Of a stretch of 64,000 nt of DNA, positions 11,686 to 24,696 are shown piece by piece. Every line of letters starts with the position of its first letter. Within the stretch, counting starts at the first letter, position 1. Below the pieces are notes generated by a model. That model ran no database searches. It was not told the DNA's origin and saw only the letters and a program-made list of their open reading frames with translations. A program made the position numbers and the translations under genes. The DNA comes from Octopus vulgaris (taxonomy: Eukaryota): the NCBI GenBank assembly GCA_951406725.2, contig OX597816.1:2604001-2668000 (forward strand), given 5' to 3'.

Positions 11686-14600
11686 AGCACAACCCCTAGT
11701 CCCCCACCCCACCCCACACACAAACAGAAATAAAGAAAGCTTTCTTGATTGTCTGAACAAGTGTTAGCTTTAAATTACAAAGGTTCGGTGGATTATCTTA
11801 CCTGGAAAAGATTGAATTTCTCTCTCACAGGTCGATGACAATTTCTATACTGTAGCACCACATTCATATCTGATCACCATTTCAATATTGAACCGAGGGG
11901 CCTCATTGTCAATAAATATATCTCATACAATGTTATTCTTTTCTACTCTGATTTATTTATATATTACTGCATATACTCTACACGCACTTTCTGACAAGTT
12001 GTGGTGCACCTGAGCACTGTATACAATAATTTCATTATTATTATTGTTATTATTATTATTATATAAAACCTGTTTAATTATCACTAAAGCCTTTCCTCTT
12101 GTAGAGAATTTCGTATATCAGCCATGCCACAACTTTCAAATAAAATACCTTTGTGGTTGGTTAAAAATATTTCAACCCTTTTGATACCTATTTCTTTACT
12201 ACCCACAAAGGGCTAAACACTGAGAGGACAAACAAGGGCAGACAACTGATTAAGTCGATTATATCGACCCTAGTGCATAACTGGTACTTATTTAATCGAC
12301 ACCGAAAGGATGAAAGGCAAAGTTGACCACGGCGGAATTTGAACTCAGAACGTAAAAGCAGACGAAATACCTATTTCTTTACTTCCCACAAGGGGCTAAA
12401 TGCAGAGGGGACAAACAAGGACAGACAAAAGGATTAAGTTGATTATATCGTTCCCAGTGCGTAACTGGTACTTATTTAATCGACCCCGAAAGGATGAAAG
12501 GCAAAGTCGACCTCGGCGGAATTTGAACTCAGAACGTAGCGGCAGATGAAATACTGCAAAGCATTTCGCCTGGCATGCTAACGTTTCTGCCAGCTCACCA
12601 CCTTTGATACCAATCTACCTGAGGTTGCCCTTGGGCCCATTATGTTTTAAATTGATCCTTCCATAAAAATTTCAGGTTAATTCCAAACACCAGATTAACC
12701 CTTTGGCACTTAAGCAGACCATATCTGGGCCATGGATTTTATCTGTTTTACATACAAACTGGCCAGATCAGGCTCCTCAAACCTTCCCTACAATCACATC
12801 ATCGAAATCTTAAATTCATGAGATGAATCATGATTCATTCAAAACAACGTAAACAATTAAACATTACATTTGACAAGATAATCGGAATGTTCAAGGATTA
12901 ATAACGACATAAGTGATTTTACTAAATTCTTCATCATCATCATCATTGTTTAACGTCTGCTTTCCATGCTAGCATAGGTTGGACGATTTTGACTGAGGGC
13001 TGGCGAACCAGATGGCTGCACCAGGCTCCAATCTTGATCTGGCAGAGTATCTACAGCTGGATGCCCTTCCTAATGCCAACCACTCCAAGAGTGTAGTGGG
13101 TGCTTTTACGTGCCACCAGCACAGGTGCCAGTAAGGCGATGTTGGTAACGTAAATAATTAAACATTACCTTTGACAAGATAATCTGAATGTCCAAGGGTT
13201 AATAACGACATAAGTGATTTTACTAACTTCTTCATTATTTCAAAATTAATTGAAACAAACTCGGTATATTTCAACAGAAACGTGTAGGAGAGAAGTTAAG
13301 TGGAATAGTTGAACCTGAAGCAACTGACTTCAGGAAATGGTTTTGTGGGAGCTTACGACTGTTTGATAGAAGCAGTTGTGTAATCCTTCAGCATTCCTGT
13401 TAATTCTGTCAAAAGTAATCCTTATTTTTCCACACTGTTTTGAATTAATCATGTATTATTTTGTAGTGATGAGACTTTGATTTTTAGAATGACATTGTCG
13501 GGTAGGTGTAAGAAACCAGATCTGGCCAATTTGAGCATAAAACAGGCAGAATATTTTGATGCTAAAGGAAGCTTAACTCTCTGACACTTTGAATTTACTA
13601 ATTCGTGAAAAATCTATCAAATCTATGTTCTCTGCCCTCAGAAGTAAATCTAACCATTTTCAGCTGGTTGAAAATATTTTGTGCAGAATGTCATTCAAAA
13701 TTCCTCACACAATCCTATCACAACTCAATGGTTTACTTGCAACTATTCTAAGACCACAGTTGTAATACTTCCTGTACAAAATCATCCAACACCAACCAGA
13801 TTCTTATAACGATGGTTCCTTCATCTCTGAACTCTTAGATACGAGGGGCGTTCAATAAGTAATGCCCCTGACCCACTTCCTATAGCAGTAGAGCAACGAA
13901 ACTTGGCACAGTTATTAGTCTTTTTCTACATAGGAACCACCCAGAGTTATGCATTTCTCCCATCGTTTGATGCAGCTCTGGAGACCGTTTTTGTAGAAGA
14001 TCCCAGCTTGGTCCTCCAACCTCAACGTGACTTCAGAAATCAAGGCTGCATCATCTGGGAAACGCTTTCCTTTCAAAAACAACTTCATGATTGGGAAGAG
14101 GTGAAAATCAGAGGGTGCAAGGTCAGAAAAGTAGAGGGGATGGGGAGGAGTTCATAGCCATACGCCTGTGCTTATGATCTGGCGACAAGCGAGTTGTGGA
14201 CCGGAGCGTTGTCCTGCAGGAGGAGGATGCCTTTGCTGATCTTGCCCCGCCTCTTGATTTTGATAACTTCTCTTAATTTCCTCAAAAGTGAAGCATAATA
14301 GGCTCCTGCAATTGTGGTACCCTTTGCCAGGAAATCTGTCATCACTACTCCGTCCTGGTCCTAGAAGACTGTGAGCATGACCTTGCCAGCGGAGGGCTGC
14401 ACCCTTGCCTTCTTTGGAGGGGGTGAGTCACGGTGCTTCCACTGCATTGACTGGGCTTTGGTCTCTGGATCATCGTGATGGACCCAGGTTTCATCCTGTG
14501 TAATCAGTCTTTTGAAAAATTTTGACTCATCTTCTTGGCACATCTCCAAATTCACCCTCGAGCACTCGACGCGTTCTTGCTTCTGGAAAGGCGTGAGCAA

Positions 14601-17600
14601 CCTGGGAATCCATCTGGCAGACACCTTTTGCATATGCATATGGTCACGAATGATAGTTTCCACAGACCCAGTACTAATCTTGACCTCATGGGCTATTTGG
14701 CGAATAATTATGCGTCGATCTTCCAAAATGGCAGCCTCAACTTGACGGGCAGATGCCTCATCAATGGCAGAAGGGGGTGACCAGATCTGGGAGCTGTTTC
14801 CACAGAGTTCCGACCGTTTTTGAATTCACGATGCCAGCGTTTTACAAGGTCATATGATGGGGCATCATCACCATAAGTTACTTTTATTTCATCAAAAGTT
14901 TCCCGTGGTGTGCGTCCTTTCAAATACAAAAACCGGATCACTGCTCGACACTCAACAGGCTCCATTTCACACTTGACTCGGTTCAAACACCTGTAAATCA
15001 GAAACCACAATTAATTCAGAGCTGTAATTTGCCACTTACTCTATAGAGATATAAATGATTGCACATGCAAAATTTCAGCTAGATCAAACAACTGCAAGTG
15101 GGTCAGAGGCATTACTTATTGAACGTCCCTCGTATTTACCTCAGTAAACGAAGCCCACCCGAGGCACCCAGCCACCTTCTTTCATTCTCTCCACTTTGTC
15201 TCACTTTATGAACCTTCCACTAAATTCTTCACTCAATTTCTCTGCCCCAGACTTGCCTCCCTCTTAACCCTTTTCATATCTGAGACAGCTCCTGGTTCTT
15301 ATGATATAAACTTGATGCCTTATTGTAATTTAAATTAAATTCTTCATCAAAATTTCCTGTTATGTCCCAAACATTAATTTTTAAAATAATAAAGTTATTT
15401 TACTAAATTCTTTGTCTTTTTCAAAATTAATTGAAATAAAGGCAGTGAATCTCAGCAGAAATATGGCAACAAAACAGAGCCAACCTTTTCAATATTAACC
15501 CGCTAGAGATGGTTCCTGGTTTTAATAATACAAAATTCCTGTTTTAAAGTTTAATTAAATTAAAACCTGCCATCATAATTTCATGTTATATCATGTCCCA
15601 AACACCAGATTAATAATGGCAATTAAATGAAAGAAAGCCAGAGTATTTCAGCAGAAATATGTTAACTAAAAGGTTAAATTCTTGCCCCAAATTCCAACAG
15701 GTACCAGTCTTCAGAAGTTTGTACAAAACATCAAATTCTCCCACCAACTTGGAAAGGTTTCTTAGGTGTTATGACATTGTTCCTTTAATTTTGGTCAAAT
15801 CATAAAAATACGACAAAATTCCTCAATGAAATGAAGGAAAGAATTTTCTTCTATAAAAAATATGAAAGATACGACAAAAACTAACATTTCTTGTAGATTA
15901 ATAAGTTTCATAATTTCAAATAAATAATCTTTTTTTTCTTTTTCATCAGTTTTAGAGGTAGAAGGACAGATACAAATAATGATTACAGTGAAAGAATCTT
16001 CTGGAACTACCAACAACACACAATCTTTAAATTGTAAAATAACGAATTTAACAGACACACACTTGAAATGCGAACATATTTGGTGGGTGCAAGAAATAGA
16101 CCAGAACACGCATGAAGAAGTGGTTTTGACCATTAGTAAACAACCTAAATTCCAAAATGGATATTTTTCAAGAATCGAAATAATTGACAGACGTACAGCA
16201 CAGGTTTTCAGCTGCAGAGCTTTGTGTAATTTGCAGACATTTACAGCCACCTGTCATCTTCCAGAGAAAAAAGGTAAAACAAGTTTATAAACAAAGAATA
16301 ATAAAGATTAATAACCGTTTTGATACTAACTCATCTTGGAGTGACCGTGGTTTGATACTAACTCATCTTAGACTGACTGTGGTTTGATACTAACTCATCT
16401 TGGACTGATTGTGGTTTGATACTAACTCATCTTGGACTGACCATGGTTTGATACTAACTCATCTTGGACTGACCGTGGTTTGATACTAACTATCTTGGAC
16501 TGACCATGGTTTGATACTAACTCATCTTGGACTGACCGTGGTTTGATACTAACTCATCTTGGACTGACCGTGGTTTGATACTAACTCATCTTGGACTGAC
16601 CATGGTTTGATACTAACTCATCTTGGACTGACCGTGGTTTGATACTAACTCATCTTGGACTGACCGTGGTTTGATACTAACTATCTTGGACTGACCATGG
16701 TTTGATACTAACTCATCTTGGACTGACCGTGGTTTGATACTAACTCATCTTGGACTGACCGTGGTTTGATACTAACTATCTTGGACTGACCATGGTTTGA
16801 TACTAACTCATCTTGGACTGACCGTGGTTTGATACTAACTCATCTTGGACTGATTGTGGTTTGATACTAACTCATCTTGGACTGACCGTGGTTTGATACT
16901 AACTCATCTTGGACTGACCATGGTTTGATACTAACTCATCTTGGACTGACCGTGGTTTGATACTAACTCATCTTGGACTGACCATGGTTCTATGAAACAT
17001 GCTTCTTGCAAGTGATCTAAATTAAAACCATCCTTCAAGATTTGAGGTTAATTTATGTTAATTTATGTTCTGAACAGCAGCTCAATAATAGTAAAGGTCT
17101 CACCAAGGTGAACATTGTTTTCACCCTTCTGGGGTCAGTGAATAAAATACCAGTACTTGGGTATTGATTCTTCTCTTCATCTTTGAGGCAGCAAGCTGGC
17201 AAAATCTTTAAAACAGTAGAAAGTGAGATGAAATAAATATCAGAGATGCTTCGCCCCATACAGAGAAACTGCAGGGGTTACTCAGAGGTTTGCTCTTGGA
17301 AATCCATTGCAATGCTGGAAACCCTTCCATTAGCGTCAACAGATATCTCAGGGTCACAAGCGTTTTGCCCCTTAGCCTGTGCCCTTCACCTGAGTGTGGC
17401 AGTGAAGACTGAAGCAGTCTTCACCTACAGAATGGTTCCACTTAAAGTTTCTTTCCAACCATGGCCACCTTGAGCCAGTTTCTGCTGCTGGGCCTATTTC
17501 CTTGATGGCTTTCTTCAAAGAAAGAACTATTTTGCAGTATTCCTTCTGAGTTCAAATCCTGCCAAGGTCACCTCTGCCTTTCATCCTTATTGGGGGTCAA

Positions 17601-17715
17601 TAAAATAAAATAGCAGTCAAGTACTGGGGTAGATGTAATTGATTAATCCCCTACCCTGAAAACTGTTGGTCTTACGCCAACATTTGAAACTACTACTACC
17701 ACCACCACCACCACC

Positions 17716-17750
<35 letters not shown>

Positions 17751-20022
17751 CGCTACTACCACCACCACTACCACCACTACCACCACCACCACCACCACCA
17801 CCACCACCACCACTACTACCACTACGACGATGATGATGACCACCACCACCACCATTACTGTTGCTACCGCTGCTACTGCTACTGCTGCTGCTGCTGTTGC
17901 TGCTACAAGGGCAGTCGATGGCAGAATCAGTAAAACACTGGAAAAAACTGCTTTATGGCATTTAATTATTCTGTTTTATGGTTGAAGTTCAAATGTCGTC
18001 TGAGTCAATTTTTGTCTTTTACCCTTCTGGGGTCAATCAAATTTGTCCATTGAAGAATTGAAATAAACCAACAAAACTTCTTTCACCAAATTTGTAGCCT
18101 TGAGCCAATGTTGGTACCTGTTGTTGCTGATGCTGTGATTATTATTATTATTATTATTAAGGTAGCAAGCTGGCAGACTCGTTAGCGTGCTGGACAAGAT
18201 GCTTAGCAGCATTTCAGCTGTCTTTATGTTCTGGGTTCAAATTCTGTACCAGTTGTGTACTGGGGTTGATGTAATCCACTCGCCCCTTCCTCCAAAATTC
18301 CTAGCCTTGGACCAAAACTAGAAACCATTATTATTGCCTCCACCTCAGTGAAGGTGGAGGTGTTGTTTTCAGTTGTGTCTGTTTGTCCATGGACAAGATA
18401 TCTCAAGAACCGCCAGATGGATTTGGACAAATCTTTCAGGGATGTTTGGCCTCATGACTGGCACGAACTAATTAGATTTTGGAATTGATCTGGTACTAGA
18501 CAAGGATTCTGGATTATTTATCCCGTTTCTTTACCTAATTTTTGAGAACGACCAGGTTCATTTTTATTATTCTCATTTGTGAGAGCAGTTGAGTTTATTT
18601 CAGAGATTCTCATTTCAAAAATCCTCTCTTACTAATCGTTGAGAGGACGTTGGTGTTGCTTTGGTGGAGTTTTCTGCTCTTTGAGTGCTCTTGCTATTAT
18701 TATTATTATTATTAAGACAGGGAGCTGGCAAAACTGTTAGCATGCTGGACAAAATACTTAACAGCATTTTTTTCTGCTCTTTGCATTCTGGGTTAAAATT
18801 TCACTAAGTTCTTCTTTGCTTTGCATCCTTTCAGTGTCAACAAAATTAATAGCAGTTAAGCACGGGGGTGGAGTGTCAGTGTAACCAACTTGTCTTCTCT
18901 CCTCCCAAACATTTTGGGCCTTGTGCCTGTAGTAGAAACTACTACTACTACTACTACTACTACTGCTCAAAACCTATAACGTGCTAATATAATGAGGAGG
19001 TATGTTATCCTGAGGCTTGATGAGAACAAGTCTCCTCAAACCTCGAGCATCTTTCTTAGAATTTATGCAGAATTCAGAATTGCACTTTTCTGCAGTTTGG
19101 CAATGCATGTCTTCCATCCCAGTATTCTTCAGCCTCTTAGATTGCAATTCGGATCTGGTGTTAAATGCACCAAATACCACAAGAACAATTTCCACTTTTC
19201 TCTTCCATAATCTTTTCCTCTTTGGCTAAGTCTTGGTATTTCTCAGTTTCTTTGGTATCCACTCTCTTATCAAAAGACTTTGCAAAACCCATGATTTTAC
19301 ACCGTTTTTCTCTTTTACTTCTGCTCTCTACAGTCATGTGAATTTTTTTTTTTTTGCTTTAATAATAATAATAATTATTATTATTATTTGTGTTTGTAAT
19401 CTCTAATATAGTTTCATTTGTTTCAGAGACTTCAGTGGAATGCTCAACCCATTTCTTTGCCACGTCCAAAAAAATTGGTCAGATTCCGAATACAGAAACA
19501 GAATTGATTCACCTGAAGAGGGTTTTAAACATTTTGGTTTTCGCACTGTGTGTTTTAAGTATCATTATAATTCTGAATTTCATTAATTGTGTCTTCAAGA
19601 AGTTCCGCAAAAAGAAAGCAAAAAAATCTTCAGAAATGGAAGAAGATACGTCAGACGATGTTGATGATACAGAGAAAGATGAGTTGGAGACAAACAAATT
19701 GCTTGATGAGGAAGTGAAACCTGCCTATAAACCTCACACCAGACCAAGTATTTTGTTAAATGGACAATTGTTGTTTGAAGGTGACACGCCATTTGCTAAA
19801 GTGACATACAAGTCTGATAAACCAGTGATTTCCTTTGTTGATAATACAACGGCCCTTCAAAACTGGGACCCTGGAGTCTCATGTTTTACTCTGGCCCCCA
19901 GTGAAAGTGATTCTAATGAAGAATACGTTGAAAAGAATACAGATTTGCTTGTCCCAGACAATGATTACTATGAAAGGGACCGTTCTGCATCATGTCCTGA
20001 GGTCCTCCAAAGCATTTTCTAA
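7769..20022 (+). CDS. Uncharacterised single-Ig-domain type I transmembrane protein (322 aa), join(7769..7817,15950..16273,19427..20022)
   Basis: Three exons with canonical GT/AG and matching phase-1 junctions give one open frame: signal peptide [22 protein letters not shown], Ig-like C..W..FxC module, TM helix [32 protein letters not shown] stop-transfer, acidic tail and TAA stop. Confidence 0.8.
8305..8783. mobile_element. Fold-back (palindromic) derivative of a mariner 3' end
   Basis: Inverted arms ~8305-8497 and ~8591-8783. The minus strand reads [15 protein letters not shown]...[25 protein letters not shown], a mariner transposase C-terminus. Confidence 0.8.
13842..15132 (-). mobile_element. 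Full-length mariner (Tc1/mariner) transposon, ~1.29 kb
   Basis: TIRs cgaggggcgttcaataagtaatgcccctgacccactt / aagtgggtcagaggcattacttattgaacgtccctcg, flanked by TA at 13840-13841 and 15133-15134; encloses a transposase frame. Confidence 0.95.
13914..14965 (-). pseudogene. Mariner transposase pseudogene
   Basis: [20 protein letters not shown] start, WIPRLL, DETWVH and QDNAPVH motifs. Frameshift near 14770, in-frame TAG at 14361-14363, further lesions near 14180-14130. Confidence 0.92.
15950..16273 (+). CDS. Exon 2 (Ig-like domain) of the Ig-like membrane protein
   Basis: Acceptor tttttttctttttcatcag, 324-nt phase 1-1 exon encoding SLNC..HIWW..QVFSC, donor AAG|GTAAAA. Confidence 0.8.
16318..16989. 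repeat. 32-bp minisatellite, ~21 copies
   Basis: Unit tttgatactaactcatcttggactgacc(g/a)tgg, head-to-tail with no spacers; some 31-bp variants. Confidence 0.95.
17690..17906. repeat. (CAC/TAC/TGC)n trinucleotide microsatellite
   Basis: Directly visible; source of the poly-V ORF. Confidence 0.95.
18330..18695 (+). mobile_element. Non-autonomous element with 5' hairpin (DINE/HINE-like); inverted second copy at ~55255-55851
   Basis: ttattgcctccacc..gtggagg hairpin start, gtctgtttgtcc tract, end ctctttgagtgctcttg. A homologous minus-strand copy lies in PPIL4 intron 1. Confidence 0.5.
19427..20022 (+). CDS. Exon 3 (stalk, TM helix, cytoplasmic tail, stop) of the Ig-like membrane protein
   Basis: Acceptor ttcatttgtttcag, phase 1, long non-repetitive ORF ending EVLQSIF*. 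AATAAA at 20356-20361. Confidence 0.85.
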
Positions 20023-20702
20023 ATCAAGTTTGAAGTGAGTGCATGCTTCTTTTGTAACCCTTTTGGCACCAACTGAACCCAAACCACTTTTGGTTTTCGT
20101 TTCAATGACACAAACTTCCTGTTTTTAAAGTACACCGAAATTTCATGTAATATTTCAAACACAAACATTATATGACAATTATTTTACAAAAAATATTCCT
20201 AGTTATCAAAATTTATTAAAACAAAGGCTGTGTATTTTAACAAAAGTATGCTAACAAAAGGGTTAAAACTATTTATTTAGGCATTATAAATACCTTATAG
20301 TGCTTACTGCCATCTTCCTATATTTTGGTTACCGATTTAGCATTTGGTACCATAAAATAAAAACACTCTTATTATCTGTAGTTATAAGCGGAAATTTGCA
20401 GAGTATAAAAGCAGCATGTGAATGTGTGTGTGTGTGTGTGTGGTTGTTCTGTTAATAATGACAATGAAGAAGCTAAACATTTGAAAAAGATAACCGTTTC
20501 CAGAGAGTATAGTAGTTGCATGTTTTGTACAAAGCTAAATGGTGTGTACAGGTGACCCTTGGAGTACACGACTGATTAGGTCCATAGGTCAAGTGTAAAT
20601 CAAAAACCATGTCAAAACAAGGGAGATAATATTTCTAATGTTAATAAGAAAAACACAGCTGAAACAGTTATTTATTCAAACAGATATAACACAACTATAT
20701 AA

Positions 20703-21083
20703 CAGCAGTAGTGGCTGAGTGGTAAGTAGCTTGTTTACCAACCACATGGTTCTGGGTTCAGTCCCACTGCGTGTCACCTTGGGCAAGTGTCTTCTACTAT
20801 AGCCTTGGGCAGACCAAAGCCTTGTGAGTGGATTTGGTAGATGGAAACTGAAAGAAGTCCGTCGTATATATGTATATATATATATGCGTGTGTGTGTTTG
20901 TCCCCCTAGCATTGCTTGACTACCGATGCTGGTTTGTTTACGTCCCTGTAAATTAGCGGTTCGGCAAAAGAGACCGATAGAATAAGTACTGGGCTTACAA
21001 AGAATAAGTCCAGGGATCGAGTTGCTCAACTAAAGGCGGTGCTCCAGCATGGCCGCAGTCAAATGACTGAAACAAGTAAAGAG
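20703..21083 (+). mobile_element. tRNA-derived SINE family A (other copies ~10156-10530, 29925-30070, 43500-44888, 48660-49027 minus, 60680-61490)
   Basis: Head with A box (tggctgagtggt) and B box (gggttcagtccc), internal (TA)/(TG) tract, tail aaatgactgaaacaagtaaa; repeated in the window. Confidence 0.85.
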
Positions 21084-22046
21084 AGTATGTGCACACACAA
21101 CACACACACATCTGTGTACCATACCTGTTGTACATACACCACTGAAAGGCATGATGTTGTGGTTTTTGTCTGAGAGTGAATCTGTTCCTAGAGACATTGA
21201 TTTAAAATCACCAAGAATTGCAGTGAGGTGAACATCATCCCGGCAGTTACTCACAAGAATGCCAGACACATTTTGACCTTCTTGGACGATGTGTACCTGC
21301 TTGTTACCTGCCCAAATGAAAATCCATTCCCCTCCAATGTATAAAGAACAAAGAAAAATTAGACATTCTCTGATGTTGCAGAAAGCTTGCCAGGCTGCAG
21401 AAAACTTGTCCACAATTAAAACAGACTTAAATAAGTATATTATACTAAATGTATATACGTAACCGAAAGGCAAGATGCTGTAGCTTGGGTGTTGTAGTAA
21501 TATTGGGTTTTATCTTCTATCCAAAATAAAACTGTTTTTTTAGCTCCAATTGTTTCCACAGTGTTATTGCTATTTATGTATGGTTAAAGTTATTCAATGT
21601 CCACTGATGGTTCTGGTTCTGACTTTTACTTCATTTTATTGGCATCACATGGCTGGGAAGCAAGCTTCTTGACTGCACATCCACATCTGCATCACACACA
21701 CGTTTGGGGGAATGTGTGACTGTGGGTACCTTTGCCTTCATATCATGAGGTATTTGTAAATGAGGATCATCGCCATACACCGTTGTTCATTTCCAATCTT
21801 CTATGGTAACCTGTCTGGCTGAGGGGGGAATTTTACCTTGCCCTGGAAGCAGGTGAAGGTTGGTGACAGGAACAGCATCCAGACTTTGAAAATCTGTGTC
21901 AGTGAATTCCATCCTATCCATTCAAGCAGGGCAAAGTGGACTTTAAAACAATGATGATGACAATTCTTCTATCTATATTTAAGAGATGAGGAATTATGTA
22001 CATTATTTACATTTGACGAATATTTGTCCTCATCTTGTTTGTTGTT

Positions 22047-22092
22047 AACACAATGTTTCGGCTGATATACTCTCCAGCCTTCATCAGGTGTC
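22047..22092 (-). ncRNA. Minimal hammerhead ribozyme motif, inverted copy
   Basis: Minus strand GACAC-CTGATGA-a-GGCTG..CAGCC-GAAA-CATT-GTGTT; a G>A change breaks the stem III palindrome. Confidence 0.55.
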
Positions 22093-22167
22093 TCGGGAAA
22101 ATTTCAAACCTCGGTTCTCATTCCTAAGGTATTTTTCGATGTTATTATTATTCCAGGCAGTGACTTG

Positions 22168-22339
<172 letters not shown>

Positions 22340-22386
22340 TTGAAAAATACCTTAGGAATGTGAATCCAGGTTAAAAATTTTCCCAA

Positions 22387-22432
22387 GACACCTGAAGAAG
22401 GCTGGAGGGTATATCAGCCGAAACGTTGTGTT
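22387..22432 (+). ncRNA. Minimal type I hammerhead ribozyme motif (Penelope-like)
   Basis: GACAC-CTGAAGA-a-GGCTG(10 nt)CAGCC-GAAA-CGTT-GTGTT: stem I, CUGANGA core, stem II, GAAA, palindromic AACGUU stem III, stem I partner. Confidence 0.7.
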
Positions 22433-23249
22433 AACAACAAACAAGATGAGGACAAATATCCATCAAAGGTAAATAATGGACAATTCTTCTGTCAAAGATC
22501 CTATTTTCCCCATCTAAACAATCAATTTCAGAATTCTGAATTATCTTCTTAATCCAATATTGATGGCAACATTTCAAAATGAATTCATTTCTACACAATT
22601 ATTTTTTAATGAAGTTAATACAAACTTAGAAAGAAACAAAGAAATAGTTTGTATATAAAAAAAGCACCATCCAGCTGTAGAAACACTGCCAGATCAGACT
22701 GGAGCCTAGTGCAGCCTCCCGGCTTCCCAGACCCCAGTCGAACTGTCCAACCCATGCTAGCATGTAAAACAGATGTTAAATGATGATGATGATGATGATA
22801 AATGTCTGAAATATAATTACTTTTTTTTTAGAAATATTGAGTTTAAGTCAAAAGTTTCATAATATTTGCCCCAGTGCTAAGGTGGCAAGCTGGCAGAAAT
22901 GTTAGCACACCAGGTGAAATGATTAGCAGTATTTCGTCTGTCTTTACCTTCTGAGTTCAAATTCTGCCAAGGTCGACTTTGCCTTTTATCCTTTTGGAGT
23001 CAGTAAATTAAGTACCAGTTGTGTACTGGGGTCAATCTAATTGCCTGGCCCCCTCCCCCAAAATTTCGGGCCTTGTTCCTAGAGTAGAAAAGAATATATG
23101 CATAAGTGCTAGTTTGCGATGTGTATATCACATGACCAAAGCAGTTCAAGCCATGGGAGGTCACTGCTGAGGTTTATAGTCTGATAGCATTTGGTGAGCA
23201 GACATGTGTATTGCTCCACTCTGTGATTTGAAAGCCACACAGATGAACG

Positions 23250-23935
23250 TGCAATGCTGTCTAGTTCAGGAACTTATGCTTTACAAGTTCAAAGTGGGTC
23301 ACAATGCCACAGAAGCAACCAAAACCATTTGTTGTGTGAAAGGTGAAGGCACAGTTGATCATAGCATAGAAGCCAGACATTTTGTGTTGCAAGAACCTTG
23401 ATGATCAGACAAAGTGAAATAGACCTAAAACTGTGGATTTCAAGGATGTGCTCCAAGCCACAGATGCAAATCTGGTGAGTTTGGCATCTCACTGATGTAT
23501 GTCACTGTGTGACAATAAACACCCGGCCTTGGTTAACAGAAAGCAAACTTTTCTGCAGCAAGACAACTCAAGACCTCATACCATTCCAACGACCCAACAA
23601 ATTACCAGGAACTTGAAGGAATGGAAAGGATTCCCCACCCAGCATATAGTCTGAACCGAACTTCCTTGGATTAACACTTGTTCCAACTCGTGGCTCACAT
23701 CCGGTGCTTGGGATGCTTCATCAAGGAAGAGGTGGAAGCCTCATTGATGCAGGAGTTCTTTGCTTCCAACGACAAGAACTGGTATCAACATGGCATCAAA
23801 TAACTGGCACAAAGCTGGTTTCAGACAGTAAAAGTCGATGGGCTTTACTTTGAATTCTAGACTGTTTTTGTTGCAACTTGATGAATAAAGCAAAGAAATT
23901 TCCAAAAACTGTAAAACTTTTGATTCAACATAATA
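23250..23935 (+). mobile_element. Degraded mariner remnants
   Basis: ELMLYKFKVGHNATEATKTICCVKGEGTVD (mariner N-terminal HTH), HPAYS-like segment near 23636, TIR-like end aaaacttttgattcaacataata. Confidence 0.65.
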
Positions 23936-24696
23936 ACAAAGTGGTATTTTGTAAAAATATATTAAATATCAACAATAAAATATTTTATACTTAATATATT
24001 TTCTATTGAGATAATCCAAAGCTGTTGAATTACTGTATTAATCCATGTTTAATACCCATCTTGATTTGGCACCTAAATTGTCCTGGAAACCTTATAATCC
24101 AGGGATTATAGAACAATAAATAAACTACAATTGCCACCTTTGTGAAGAAGAGAGAAATTGCCATCTTCCTTCTCCATTCTTAGAAAAATCTCAGAAAAGA
24201 AGCACTTTCTTTAGTGACAAACTGCTGCTTTGTTTTTAAAAAAAATTTCTTTTAATTTATTTTCCTGAAAAAATTCATGTTTTTATGAGGAATTATTAAA
24301 CTTCTGTACTTTTTTGAAGTACAATATCTGTTATTTAAATGTCTTTTGTTTATCTCTATTTTCCTGAAGAAATTTCAGAAGCATATCCTGCTTCAATTCC
24401 CTTGTTTCAGTACCTGATGGCAGAAAAAGCTTGGCAAATTAAAGTCTTTTAAGCCACAATAGAAGAAGATAAAATATATATATATATATATAAAGCTTAC
24501 ATCTTTATGAAAAATGTTTTTTAAGAATGTAATCTGATCTACACTGGTAACTCTAAATAATATTTTCATTTATTTGTGTGTCCAGGCATAAAAGAATATT
24601 TTAGAAACAAAAGGGTTCGCTAGCTATGTGATGTATGAATGACAGTTGAAGGTGAGAAAAAAAAAAAAAAACGCTGTACAATATATAAAGACATTT

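Noticed and set aside
7165-11767. Many ORFs rich in YI/HT/CV repeats
   Set aside because: Translations of dinucleotide and tetranucleotide microsatellites.
15795-16250. 151-aa minus-strand ORF
   Set aside because: Antisense shadow of the Ig exon; no splice or domain support.
16318-16989. CRISPR-like array of ~32-bp repeats
   Set aside because: No unique spacers, no cas genes, eukaryotic intron; it is a tandem minisatellite. The same applies to 39713-40335.
20703-20780. tRNA gene
   Set aside because: A/B boxes belong to a multi-copy SINE head; no complete cloverleaf.
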